DNA of 57,707 nucleotides from a virus. Its lineage: Duplodnaviria > Caudoviricetes. Within the stretch, counting starts at the first letter, position 1, and every line of letters starts with the position of its first letter. The notes below the pieces were generated by a model that saw only the letters and a program-made list of their open reading frames with translations, was not told the DNA's origin and did no database searches. Of the stretch, positions 8,778 through 17,303 are shown piece after piece. The translations under genes were made by a program, and so were the position numbers. The stretch spans positions 1 through 57,707 of IMG/VR virus record IMGVR_UViG_3300025276_000004, one strand, 5' to 3'.

Positions 8778-10997
8778 TTACTGTTGAGGCATTCCCTCAG
8801 GTTGTGGCATACCACCTGCTTCAGGACTAGCCTGAGGCGCTGGTTGATCACCTGCTATCATAGACTTTGCAACTTCTATAATCTGACTGAAATCAGGACG
8901 CCTAGGTACAGGGGCTCCTTCTTTCATAGCTTTGATATCAATCTCAGCCCATTGTTGAAAGTGCTTATCTATAGAGATAGCTAACTGTTTAGTATTGTCA
9001 TCCACTGTATTTTTAGATTGTGCGTTAGTAAATGTAACATTAGCTTCTGCTAGACTTGCATCGGCTTCAAGTTTACGTTGAGCTAACTCACCATCTTTCT
9101 GAGATTTTTGAGATTGTTGTTGAATAGTTTGAATAGCTTTTTCTTTAAACTCTTCTGTTGTATAGTCTTCTAAATAATCGTTACTGTCCAACCCCATAGA
9201 TTCTAGTAGTTGCGTGGCGATTACAGCAGGTGCTTCAGGTTTTATTACAATACCTTGCCCCGAACTATTTAAACTTGGCAACACTTTACTACCTATCATC
9301 TCAAACTTCTTAATCATATTTTGATTTGAATTTTCTCCAATATCTAAAAAGACTTCTACATCCATCCTAGCTGGAAGAGACATAGGGTCAATATCTGAGA
9401 ACACTCCTTGATAGCTAAACTTTGCGTGAGTCTTTAAACATTTACGCATAGTTTTGTACACGCCTTCACAAAGTCTTTTAATTCCCGTTTCTGCGAAACG
9501 TCTAGCTATATGCTGTATACGTTTCTGAGAGGCAGACTGAACTGCTGCTAACTTCTGCTCACTGTTACCTGATACATACAAGGAATCGTTTAGACCCTGT
9601 GCAGCTTTAGACATACCAGTAGCTTGCTCTTTAATAGTCTGTAAGTGTGCAAGTAGTGGTACAGTCCCTGTGCTAATTGTTTCTGGTGGTAGTGCAGACA
9701 CAGCTCCATTAGGATTACCGTTGGTTGGTATGATTTGCTTTGGCTTCATGTTCTGAAGGGCAGAAAAATCTACAACATTTGGATCAGCTAATTTAGGAGA
9801 GTAGTTTGTTAGGTATGTATTCTCAACGAACCCACGTAAAATTGCAGTAGACGCAAGAGTAGATGACCTTGTGAAGTCAGCTATAGACAAACCATAAAAC
9901 TCATAAGGTATATCGATTGGGGATAGACAAGCAAGAGGTATCATCTCAACGTCTTGTTCGTATAAAATTGTATTTCCAGCAATTATAAAATGCTTAAGTT
10001 CTGCAACTCCATCACCATCCCTATCTACATTAATCCAACACTCTGTAATAGTTACTTCACGATTAGCTTCTAGCTCTGTTACGTCTTGTGTCATACGACC
10101 ACTTTGATAACTTTGACCAGTTACAAGTTTACGGGCTGCAATATCCCCAGCGTAGCTGGTATTACCATCCCATGTACTATCATCTCCAAGCTCATCCCAT
10201 TCATCTTCACCAATAGTACTCGCTACATCAGGCCACATCTTACGGATCTCTGATCTAGTAAGTATGTTTTGTATCCCTACGAAACTTGAATCTTCTATTG
10301 ATTTAGCATCACGAGATATTCTGAAAGCTTCTGGTGCAATGTTCTCAATCTTCACACGAGAGTTATCATTCTTACGGCGAATACGTACATTGACATAGAC
10401 TAGTGTAGCTTCTTGCTCACCTGTCTCTAGGTTTAAATCACCTAGGTCATTTTCATACTCTAGGTTCCCAATGATTTCTACTCCTTCTTCAGCAAGGAGG
10501 ATATCTAATTGCCCTTGAGAAATCTTTTCGTACTCTTCAAATTCGTAGTCAAACCCTTCTACATAGTCCCAACGTATGATACCATTCTTCCAGAGTAGTG
10601 CGCTTTTGATCCATGTTTGGATTAATTCCCACCCATTGTTCTGTTTGAAGATAGCATAGTTTGTAAGCAAAGACGCATCCTTAGAGTTCTTAAAAGCTCC
10701 GGGACTATCGTCATATGGTACAAACCTAGCTAACCTACCATTGTTTAGAAACAAATCTGTAAGGATAGCTGTGTATGCTTCTATAGTTTCTGTAGTTGAA
10801 GTATCTACAATACTAGACACACCCTGAGGTGCTAAGTGATCTGCAGCTACACCTGCGTACTCATACGTAGATCGTTGTCGTTCTAGTGTCATATCAGAAG
10901 AATTTAACCACTCTCCTGTAGACCCCTGTATCCCATAATCAATTAAATTAATTAAGCTTTCGTCAGATACTTTTTCTTTATAACCATTAGATGCCAT
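8778..10997 (-). CDS. Portal protein (P22-like size)
   Basis: 739 aa; KSALLWKNGIIR, ITECWINVDRDGDGVAEL, FYGLSIAD, KEQATGMS motifs; Q/P-rich tail; lies between terminase and scaffold. Confidence 0.9.
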   Translation of the reverse strand: MASNGYKEKVSDESLINLIDYGIQGSTGEWLNSSDMTLERQRSTYEYAGVAADHLAPQGVSSIVDTSTTETIEAYTAILTDLFLNNGRLARFVPYDDSPGAFKNSKDASLLTNYAIFKQNNGWELIQTWIKSALLWKNGIIRWDYVEGFDYEFEEYEKISQGQLDILLAEEGVEIIGNLEYENDLGDLNLETGEQEATLVYVNVRIRRKNDNSRVKIENIAPEAFRISRDAKSIEDSSFVGIQNILTRSEIRKMWPDVASTIGEDEWDELGDDSTWDGNTSYAGDIAARKLVTGQSYQSGRMTQDVTELEANREVTITECWINVDRDGDGVAELKHFIIAGNTILYEQDVEMIPLACLSPIDIPYEFYGLSIADFTRSSTLASTAILRGFVENTYLTNYSPKLADPNVVDFSALQNMKPKQIIPTNGNPNGAVSALPPETISTGTVPLLAHLQTIKEQATGMSKAAQGLNDSLYVSGNSEQKLAAVQSASQKRIQHIARRFAETGIKRLCEGVYKTMRKCLKTHAKFSYQGVFSDIDPMSLPARMDVEVFLDIGENSNQNMIKKFEMIGSKVLPSLNSSGQGIVIKPEAPAVIATQLLESMGLDSNDYLEDYTTEEFKEKAIQTIQQQSQKSQKDGELAQRKLEADASLAEANVTFTNAQSKNTVDDNTKQLAISIDKHFQQWAEIDIKAMKEGAPVPRRPDFSQIIEVAKSMIAGDQPAPQASPEAGGMPQPEGMPQQ

Positions 10998-11143
10998 TAT
11001 AATGAACCCCTGCCTGTAAGTATTTCTTTTGAGTCAGCCAAGTCTGCATAGTCGTAATCTTTGTTACCTGCTTTTATGACTGGCTTTTCCTTTTTAGGTT
11101 TTGGTTCTTTCTTATCTTGTGCTTCTGTTTCAATAAATCGCAT
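10997..11143 (-). CDS. Hypothetical 48-aa protein (not in ORF track)
   Basis: MRFIETEAQDKKEPK..., GGAGGGAG RBS, TAATG coupling to portal. Confidence 0.6.
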   Translation of the reverse strand: MRFIETEAQDKKEPKPKKEKPVIKAGNKDYDYADLADSKEILTGRGSL

Positions 11144-11201
11144 AGCTCCCTCCGTGGGTCTAACTAACTAACTATGGGGCCATGCCCTTAATTCCTTACT
11201 A

Positions 11202-11321
11202 TTAAAATAATTCCTTACCTTTTAAGTAATCGTTACATCTTTTACCTTTTAAATACTTAGGTATATTATTATCACTGTATCTATATGCTAATCTTTCAAG
11301 CCAATCTAGGATTCTTTTCAT
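11202..11321 (-). CDS. Hypothetical 39-aa protein (not in ORF track)
   Basis: MKRILDWLERLAYRY..., GAGGGAG RBS. Confidence 0.5.
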   Translation of the reverse strand: MKRILDWLERLAYRYSDNNIPKYLKGKRCNDYLKGKELF

Positions 11322-11328
11322 TGCTCCC

Positions 11329-11640
11329 TCACTTCTTTTTTACTAAGTTTGAAACCCCCATGAACACAGAGACTACACCAGCGACAGATACAAAGTATAT
11401 AGAGGCCATACTTCCTATGATTTCTGATGCTTGGTTCAAACCAAGAGCACCAGTGCCAACAACCCCAAAAGGGTAGAGCAACATTCCCCATAGAGCAAAC
11501 CAAGCCATCTTCCTGATTTGATCTCTATGAGCGTCATCATCTTCTATACGCCTACGCTTATCATCTAAGAGTAAGGCATCCCATTCGGGTTTTTCAATTG
11601 CCCCTGTGTTGTTAGTATCTGCTTGAGCGAATGTGTTCAT
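11329..11640 (-). CDS. Two-TM membrane protein, holin-like, with an EF-hand-like N-terminus
   Basis: DTNNTGAIEKPE loop, two hydrophobic helices, basic C-terminus KKK. Confidence 0.6.
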   Translation of the reverse strand: MNTFAQADTNNTGAIEKPEWDALLLDDKRRRIEDDDAHRDQIRKMAWFALWGMLLYPFGVVGTGALGLNQASEIIGSMASIYFVSVAGVVSVFMGVSNLVKKK

Positions 11641-11667
11641 TTATTTTTACAGCTGTTATCACAGCAC

Positions 11668-11817
11668 TCACATCTTAGTCTTAGGCTTTTTATGAACCAG
11701 AAACTTACTGTTTTTGGTATGAGTAGCACCTGACATAACTTTTCCTTTAGCGTTTTTATGAGTTGGGCCTTTGTGTTCTTTACCGTTTGGTAGATAGTGT
11801 TTAGATGTAGCACCCAT
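11668..11817 (-). CDS. Small basic His/Lys-rich protein
   Basis: Likely start MGATSKHYLPNG at 11817 behind AGGAGGG RBS. Confidence 0.6.
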   Translation of the reverse strand: MGATSKHYLPNGKEHKGPTHKNAKGKVMSGATHTKNSKFLVHKKPKTKM

Positions 11818-11843
11818 TATACCCTCCTGTTTGTGTGAATTAA

Positions 11844-11897
11844 GTGGTGGTTTACCTGCCGCGACCACCAGCGCGTTATGAGGACAATGCAGGAAAC
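11844..11897 (-). ncRNA. Candidate pseudoknotted leader RNA
   Basis: CCUGC/GCAGG stem enclosing a CGCG/CGCG hairpin whose loop UGGUGGU pairs with downstream ACCACCA. Confidence 0.45.
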
Positions 11898-11904
11898 TTT
11901 GTTC

Positions 11905-11922
11905 TCTATAAGGAACTTAGAA
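11905..11922 (-). promoter_or_regulatory. T7-like phage promoter (class L), leftward into the head genes
   Basis: TTCTAAGTTCCTTATAGA on minus strand; one of five copies. Confidence 0.75.
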
Positions 11923-12041
11923 AACCTAGGCATAACCATAGTATACCTTTGCGTATTCATTGTTCTCATCAATCTCTACCATGTCATGTGGAACTCTTCC
12001 ATCTACCCAGTACTCTAGTACTTCATCATGAAATTCTTCTT

Positions 12042-13694
12042 CTAAATCCACATAGTTTCGTCTGGTTCCCACTCTGATATTCGTTCTGTCCATGATACAT
12101 TCCTTGTGTTTAATTTGTCCCAGTGTGTACGCAATACCTCTGCACATATAGCTAGAGCAATAACTGTATCGTCATAACATCCGGGAGCAGCCTCAGTTTT
12201 CCCACTTGCAGTGGCAATGTAATCTTTAAGTTCCCTTATTAATATAGGGGCTGGTATCATTATATCTTCATTATCTATGAGATTCTTTAAGTTGCCTATG
12301 ATTACTGGCTTAGACGCAGAGGTTGTCCTAAACCCTAGTCTCATACCTTCTTCATTAGACACATTAGCCATCTTGGTTTGTTTATACAAGTTAAGATAGC
12401 CCATCTGTTCTAGTTTCTGTAGTGTAGCTATACCCATCGAATTAGACTCTACTGCTAAGAAAGCATTGTTGTAGTATCTGCCTAGATAGAAAAGCAATTC
12501 ACCCCACATACTAGGATCAATCCTGTTATTGCGGTACACAGCTACAATTTCATAGCTATTGTTCATAACAACTGCAGCACTGTAGTCCTGACCTACTCCT
12601 AAAGAGACATCAGCTCCTATAACGTAGGGCTCTTCCCACTTTGGGTAGCTGTAGATAGAGAGATTACCCTCTCTGTTCTCATCAAACATCTTACTGGATG
12701 GGTCCCAATCACTACGCCTCTGTTCTGGCCTAGGTATTAGAGAGTTTAGTTTCTCAATATTAAATACATTAGAACCAGACACAATAAATGCTTCGTCTGC
12801 TGTAGCAGGGTACTCCTGTTGGAACTTAAGCTTACCACCCTCGGCAATCTTTAAGCGCCTCCAGTAGATTTGATCAACATCTAATCCGTAGTTCTCTACA
12901 ATCTCTTCTTCTTCTATCGTTAACTCCATCCCTTCAGGAGCTGTACGTCTATATTCACTTGTTATAAACCAAGGTAAGAAGATTGGTAGGTATTCATTCT
13001 CCCCAGCCACAGCTCCCTTCCATAATCTATAGAATTCTCCTTGAGCACCATTAGCAGTGGACTCTAGTATAACCTCTGTACCTTCAGCTTGTGAGATCCC
13101 TTGGAATAATCCAGCAAGTATCTTCTCATCGTGGGTCCAGAAGGCGATTTCGGAGAGGTGAGCGATAGTTGGGGTTGTACCTCTACCTGCCTCAGGTGAA
13201 CCAGCTGTATATAACCTATAAGAACCAACAGCATCCCTATCTTTGTATGCAGGTGATTGGATTTTAATCTCTTTAGCGTTAGACGTAATCTCATGTGGTA
13301 CTAAGTTACCCTCCATGTTTCTAATTAGGTTCTTTGACATACTGAATAGTGCATCAGACGTAGCTGAGTCATGTGCCATAACCACAGATCTAGAGTGAGG
13401 GGAGAAGTAGGACTTCCAAAAGACCCTACCAGCACAGTATGTTGATATACCTTGCTGCCTAGCCTTTAATATAATAGCCCTAACCCTACCAGTACGCTTG
13501 AATTGCTCATCCAAAGCCTCTGTTATCTGCTTCTGACACTCATTAAATGTAAAAGGTATGAACCCTAGGCTAGTATTCTTAGTAATTATCTTGATTTGTT
13601 CTTGAGCAAAGGAGGAGAAGTCCCCCTCGTACCCTTTTAGTTTATTCCTTTTCTCTTTTTCTTTAAGAAGAGACATTATCTCTTTGTTATCCAT
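12042..13694 (-). CDS. terL: Terminase large subunit
   Basis: KARQQGIST Walker A, HLSE Walker B, ESTANG motif III, GADVSLGVGQDYS and YDDTVIA nuclease motifs. Confidence 0.93.
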   Translation of the reverse strand: MDNKEIMSLLKEKEKRNKLKGYEGDFSSFAQEQIKIITKNTSLGFIPFTFNECQKQITEALDEQFKRTGRVRAIILKARQQGISTYCAGRVFWKSYFSPHSRSVVMAHDSATSDALFSMSKNLIRNMEGNLVPHEITSNAKEIKIQSPAYKDRDAVGSYRLYTAGSPEAGRGTTPTIAHLSEIAFWTHDEKILAGLFQGISQAEGTEVILESTANGAQGEFYRLWKGAVAGENEYLPIFLPWFITSEYRRTAPEGMELTIEEEEIVENYGLDVDQIYWRRLKIAEGGKLKFQQEYPATADEAFIVSGSNVFNIEKLNSLIPRPEQRRSDWDPSSKMFDENREGNLSIYSYPKWEEPYVIGADVSLGVGQDYSAAVVMNNSYEIVAVYRNNRIDPSMWGELLFYLGRYYNNAFLAVESNSMGIATLQKLEQMGYLNLYKQTKMANVSNEEGMRLGFRTTSASKPVIIGNLKNLIDNEDIMIPAPILIRELKDYIATASGKTEAAPGCYDDTVIALAICAEVLRTHWDKLNTRNVSWTERISEWEPDETMWI

Positions 13695-13718
13695 CTCTAT
13701 CCCCTATGTTGCATTGTC

Positions 13719-13736
13719 CCTATAAGGGACTTAGAG
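13719..13736 (-). promoter_or_regulatory. T7-like phage promoter (class L) upstream of terL
   Basis: CTCTAAGTCCCTTATAGG on minus strand, 25 bp from the terL start. Confidence 0.75.
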
Positions 13737-14115
13737 TGAATACTGTAGTATTTTTTAGAATTGTAGGTATCTGTAGGAGGTTTGGGGACACCCTCGGAGC
13801 TGAGAGAGACATAAGAATGACTTATTATTTCAGGTATACCCTTATTTAATTCAGTACCCCCCTATTAAGCTCTGTTAATCATTCAATTCAATAGAGATCC
13901 CTAGTCGGGATCAGGTTTCTTTAGTCTTTCTTAAGGGTGGGCTCTTAGAGGCTCCCTCAGTTGTCTAATCAACGTAGGTACTGTGAGGTTCCCTGAGAGT
14001 ATTAGGGATCTGAGAGGATCTCTAAGGGAGTCTAAGGGGGGTGTGATCACATAGACCTTAGCGAGACTGTTGGTGTACTGTAAGATACTGTAAGAGACAC
14101 TGTGGGGAACCTGTT
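13737..14115. other. Non-coding divergence region; probable physical genome ends/packaging or origin region
   Basis: No credible ORF; flanked by divergent class L promoters; short repeats TACTGTRRG and TCT(T)AAGGG. Confidence 0.55.
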
Positions 14116-14133
14116 CTCTAAGTTCCTTATAGG
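14116..14133 (+). promoter_or_regulatory. T7-like phage promoter (class L), rightward (phiOL-like position)
   Basis: CTCTAAGTTCCTTATAGG on plus strand. Confidence 0.7.
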
Positions 14134-14260
14134 AAGAAGTCCTCCAGTCCCCCCATTAGGTTACTATATATCTATCTATAGTCTATCTCTTAGAACTCTC
14201 CCAGGGCTTGTAGCAACTGTAAGGGTAGACACAACACTAGTCTCTGTATGGATAGTCAGT

Positions 14261-14283
14261 AATCTGCCCACGGGGGTCAGATT
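14261..14283 (+). promoter_or_regulatory. Hairpin motif H1 (candidate virion-RNAP promoter)
   Basis: AATCTGCCC-ACGGG-GGTCAGATT, 8 of 9 stem pairs, upstream of the first early gene. Confidence 0.7.
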
Positions 14284-14321
14284 TAGGAAGAATTAATTAT
14301 CTCTCTTGAAAGGAGAACACT

Positions 14322-14570
14322 ATGATTAAGCTTCCAAGACATACAACAGACTGGTTTGGCAAAACACTAACTCTCCAATGGACTGGTGGGTATGGACAAA
14401 TCTGCAACGAGAAGTTCTTCGTGGAATTCGAAGATCCATACTCACACTACGAAGGAATATGCTTCAGTGATGGTGAGGAATTAACAGAATCAAAGCTACG
14501 ATTCACTGCTATCTCAGAAGATAGTGAAATGATCACAGTGGTTTTGGTTGAAGATGGTAAAACATTCTAG
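14322..14570 (+). CDS. Early hypothetical protein
   Basis: 82 aa, GAAAGGAG RBS. Confidence 0.7.
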   Translation: MIKLPRHTTDWFGKTLTLQWTGGYGQICNEKFFVEFEDPYSHYEGICFSDGEELTESKLRFTAISEDSEMITVVLVEDGKTF

Positions 14571-14583
14571 AAAGGAATGAACT

Positions 14584-14790
14584 ATGGTATACTTATGTAA
14601 ACCATCACCTATCTCTGGTGAAAGTACGTGCATGACATTCGATATCAGTCAAATGGTATTCGATGATTGCTATGTTTCATGGTCAGAAGGCGCACTAATA
14701 CAGGATGCCTTTCCTATGCTTAATGCAGACGAGCGTGAGTTCCTTATGACAGGAATGACTGTCGCTGATTGGGATAGGGTGTTGTCATGA
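14584..14790 (+). CDS. Early hypothetical protein
   Basis: 68 aa, IQDAFPMLNADEREFLMTG, AAAGGA RBS. Confidence 0.7.
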   Translation: MVYLCKPSPISGESTCMTFDISQMVFDDCYVSWSEGALIQDAFPMLNADEREFLMTGMTVADWDRVLS

Positions 14791-14932
14791 TGGAACTATT
14801 ACTTCTCTTGGGAACCTTCGGGTTCTCAATCGCATGGTGCTTATTCTTATATGTACCTCTAGATTAAACTAGCAAAGGCAGTTGAGATTGCCTTTCGTAG
14901 TCTAATTTAACAACTCTTGAAAGGAGTAAACA

Positions 14933-15112
14933 ATGGCTAGTGAGGATGGCTACAGTATGACTGTGGTAATGCAAGAAATAGATGGAGGTAAAGTAACTAC
15001 TCTCTTCTATCGTCTTAATGATACTAACAATTTAATTGATCCAATCATTGAGGGTTGGAAAACTGCTGGGTATGACATTCTGTCTATCGGCTTTGTGAAA
15101 GGAAGTAGATAA
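14933..15112 (+). CDS. Early hypothetical 59-aa protein (not in ORF track)
   Basis: MASEDGYSMTVV..., GAAAGGAG RBS. Confidence 0.6.
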   Translation: MASEDGYSMTVVMQEIDGGKVTTLFYRLNDTNNLIDPIIEGWKTAGYDILSIGFVKGSR

Positions 15113-15114
15113 TA

Positions 15115-15360
15115 ATGAAAGACATGAACAGATTACGACTCAAGCTAACTCGTAACTACGAACTTTCTATAATTCAACCTAAAGAAACTATCACTATTGA
15201 GATAGCTCTGATAAATCCAGAAGGAGACATTGAAGAATTTTCATCTGCGTTGTTTGAAGAACCTGATCAAGTACATCAGAATCTATCAGCGCAACAATTA
15301 ATTACAGCTATCCACAGAGCTGAAGACCATATCAGAAGGAGTAACACATATGGCAACTAA
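15115..15360 (+). CDS. Early hypothetical protein
   Basis: 81 aa ORF. Confidence 0.65.
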   Translation: MKDMNRLRLKLTRNYELSIIQPKETITIEIALINPEGDIEEFSSALFEEPDQVHQNLSAQQLITAIHRAEDHIRRSNTYGN

Positions 15361-15460
15361 TAAAAACGAAGCTATTAAAGCTACTATGTCTAAGTATCCT
15401 GAAATGAATAAGGCAACTGCAACTTACTACGTTGAAGAAGTCTTGGGGTACTTCAAGTGA
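15350..15460 (+). CDS. Early hypothetical 36-aa protein (not in ORF track)
   Basis: MATNKNEAIKATMSKY..., AAGGAG RBS. Confidence 0.5.
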   Translation: MATNKNEAIKATMSKYPEMNKATATYYVEEVLGYFK

Positions 15461-15568
15461 TAGGGTGGCTATTCATAACCGCTTGGTTGGTCTTTTGCAT
15501 ATGGTATGCTTGGGATCACTATCAGGAACTAATAGGCAATCGTCCTAAACACTAAAGGGATCTCTTGG

Positions 15569-15591
15569 AATCTGACCACAGGGGTCAGATT
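15569..15591 (+). promoter_or_regulatory. Hairpin motif H2 (candidate virion-RNAP promoter) upstream of SSB
   Basis: AATCTGACC-ACAGG-GGTCAGATT, perfect 9-bp stem. Confidence 0.75.
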
Positions 15592-15635
15592 TTAAAAGAT
15601 TTTTTAATCTACATCCATATAAAAGGAATATAACT

Positions 15636-16139
15636 ATGGAATTCACTCCACGTAATTATTTGATCAAAGATGTTTATGCAGACTTCGCTAGGCTGTCCAC
15701 TCCTAAAGAGGGCTTAACTCCGGGCAAAAAGCAGTTTGAGGTAAAACTCCGCTTTAAGTCTAAGGAAGCAGCTGATGAAGCTGAGAAGCAACATCTTATT
15801 GTTAAGACTGATCCTCAAGGCGAACGCTATGTATCAGTCAAACGTAACGAGCTACGTGCCAATGGTGAGCCAAACGGGCCACCACGGGTTGTCAATGGTA
15901 ACAACCAAGAGATCGATTCCACAAAGATCGGCAATGGTTCTACTGTAAACGTCATCTTGTACCAGTTTGCTTACGATATGAATAACCGCAAGGGAATCTT
16001 CAGTTCTCTTACAGCTGTTCAAGTAACAGACCTCGTTGAGTACACTGGTGGTGCTAACAGCATGGACTTTGATATTGTCGGTGGTGGTACTGTTGCCCCT
16101 AGTGACAACGCTGGTGCTGGTGCTGACGAACTCTTCTAA
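15636..16139 (+). CDS. ssb: Single-stranded DNA-binding protein (T7 gp2.5-like)
   Basis: KIGNGSTVNV..Y, LTAVQVTDLVEY, DFD, acidic tail ending in Phe (ADELF). Confidence 0.85.
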   Translation: MEFTPRNYLIKDVYADFARLSTPKEGLTPGKKQFEVKLRFKSKEAADEAEKQHLIVKTDPQGERYVSVKRNELRANGEPNGPPRVVNGNNQEIDSTKIGNGSTVNVILYQFAYDMNNRKGIFSSLTAVQVTDLVEYTGGANSMDFDIVGGGTVAPSDNAGAGADELF

Positions 16140-16180
16140 CCCCTCAAGACCTGAGCAAGTCTATAAACTGCTTATTTATT

Positions 16181-16288
16181 ATTGTGAGTAGTCATCTAAG
16201 TACTTGTAGACCACATCCCAGTAGGGCAATGCTTCCAATAGGGAGATAGAACGTAGGTATCACACAAGATGTTCTGGCTACTCTCAAT
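16181..16288 (+). ncRNA. Candidate multibranch structured RNA
   Basis: ATTGTGAGTAGTCA pairs with TGGCTACTCTCAAT (13 of 14); inner CTTGT/ACAAG stem and two small hairpins. Confidence 0.4.
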
Positions 16289-16301
16289 AGTAAATTCTCA
16301 T

Positions 16302-16371
16302 ATAAACCCTAGCTGACGCCTTTGAACCCTTCCTCCTTTCAGGTTCATAGTCCAGCTAGGGTTTATTTTTT
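16302..16371 (+). terminator. Long hairpin plus U-tract, with an anti-SD-like loop
   Basis: ATAAACCCTAGCTG/CAGCTAGGGTTTAT stem, inner TGAACC/GGTTCA, followed by TTTTTT. Confidence 0.65.
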
Positions 16372-16432
16372 CTCAGAAAGGAATCCCCAAGGGGGGATAC
16401 TATATTTAAAAAGTCTTCAAAAAGACTTTAGC

Positions 16433-16455
16433 AATTCGCCCACGGGGGGCGAATT
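16433..16455 (+). promoter_or_regulatory. Hairpin motif H3 (candidate virion-RNAP promoter)
   Basis: AATTCGCCC-ACGGG-GGGCGAATT, perfect 9-bp stem. Confidence 0.75.
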
Positions 16456-16697
16456 TAAAAAGATTGCAGCTAAAGCTACTCTCTTTATTTCAAAAAGTTT
16501 CCATAGAAACTTTAAGGGTTCAAGGATCTCTAGAAGATCCTTGAACTCAAAAAGCTGGTGATTACCGACAAAAGGCACTTAGAATACCAGAGGCAATAAA
16601 TATTTCATATATAGTTTACTTACTAATGGCGCTGTACGTACTTATAGCAGTCATACTCAAACGACCATAACACAACTAGTCAGGAAAGGCTATCAAA

Positions 16698-16910
16698 ATG
16701 ACAACAGTAAATCCAATCGGACGTAGCAATTTACAATTTCGCCGCACAACAAAGCGGTATGGTAAACCAATAGGATCATTCTCTAATCACCAAGGATACC
16801 TTTCTGTCGCACGAGATGTAGCGTCAGGTCAATTCGTATCTCGGACTAAACTATCTATAGCTACTGTAGATCGTATTCGAAATGTAATCAAACTACGAGG
16901 TTTCAACTAA
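16698..16910 (+). CDS. Early basic hypothetical protein
   Basis: 70 aa, Arg rich, AGGAAAGG RBS. Confidence 0.65.
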   Translation: MTTVNPIGRSNLQFRRTTKRYGKPIGSFSNHQGYLSVARDVASGQFVSRTKLSIATVDRIRNVIKLRGFN

Positions 16911-17074
16911 TGGACAAACAAAATATCTTCTGGACAGCAGAAGGTGAAGTTGTAATAGAAATAGCTGGAAGGGCATTGATACTAAAACGAGCAGAAGCAG
17001 AAGCTCTGTTCGTAGATCTTGGTCATGTTTTACAAGACATGGCTGTATCTAATGACAAAGTGAATGATGGGTGA
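16910..17074 (+). CDS. Early hypothetical 54-aa protein (not in ORF track)
   Basis: MDKQNIFWTAEGEVV..., TAATG coupling. Confidence 0.55.
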   Translation: MDKQNIFWTAEGEVVIEIAGRALILKRAEAEALFVDLGHVLQDMAVSNDKVNDG

Positions 17075-17303
17075 CCTAGTAAACTTTGAAGATAGAAGAA
17101 GAGCTATTGAGTATCGTAGGATTGCCCAGCTCTTTAATGTTGTAGTCCACATAGGCACTAACGATGAATACGAAATCGACATGGAGTGCAATGAGGACTA
17201 CGACACATGGGCAGTCTTCATGGGTCTAGAATGTCTATACGCTAAATATGGAATCGAGAATGGGTTCCTTGGAGATGATGATGATAAAAAGGAAGATGAG
17301 TAA
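17064..17303 (+). CDS. Early hypothetical protein
   Basis: 79 aa, acidic. Confidence 0.6.
   Translation: MMGDLVNFEDRRRAIEYRRIAQLFNVVVHIGTNDEYEIDMECNEDYDTWAVFMGLECLYAKYGIENGFLGDDDDKKEDE

Noticed and set aside
14102-14296. ORF 14102..14296
   Set aside because: It overlaps two promoter motifs, has no RBS and has atypical composition
16140-16700. tRNA genes, and ORF 16322..16561
   Set aside because: No canonical T-loop, D-loop or CCA pattern seen by eye; the ORF starts at TTG without an RBS and runs across a terminator and hairpin H3
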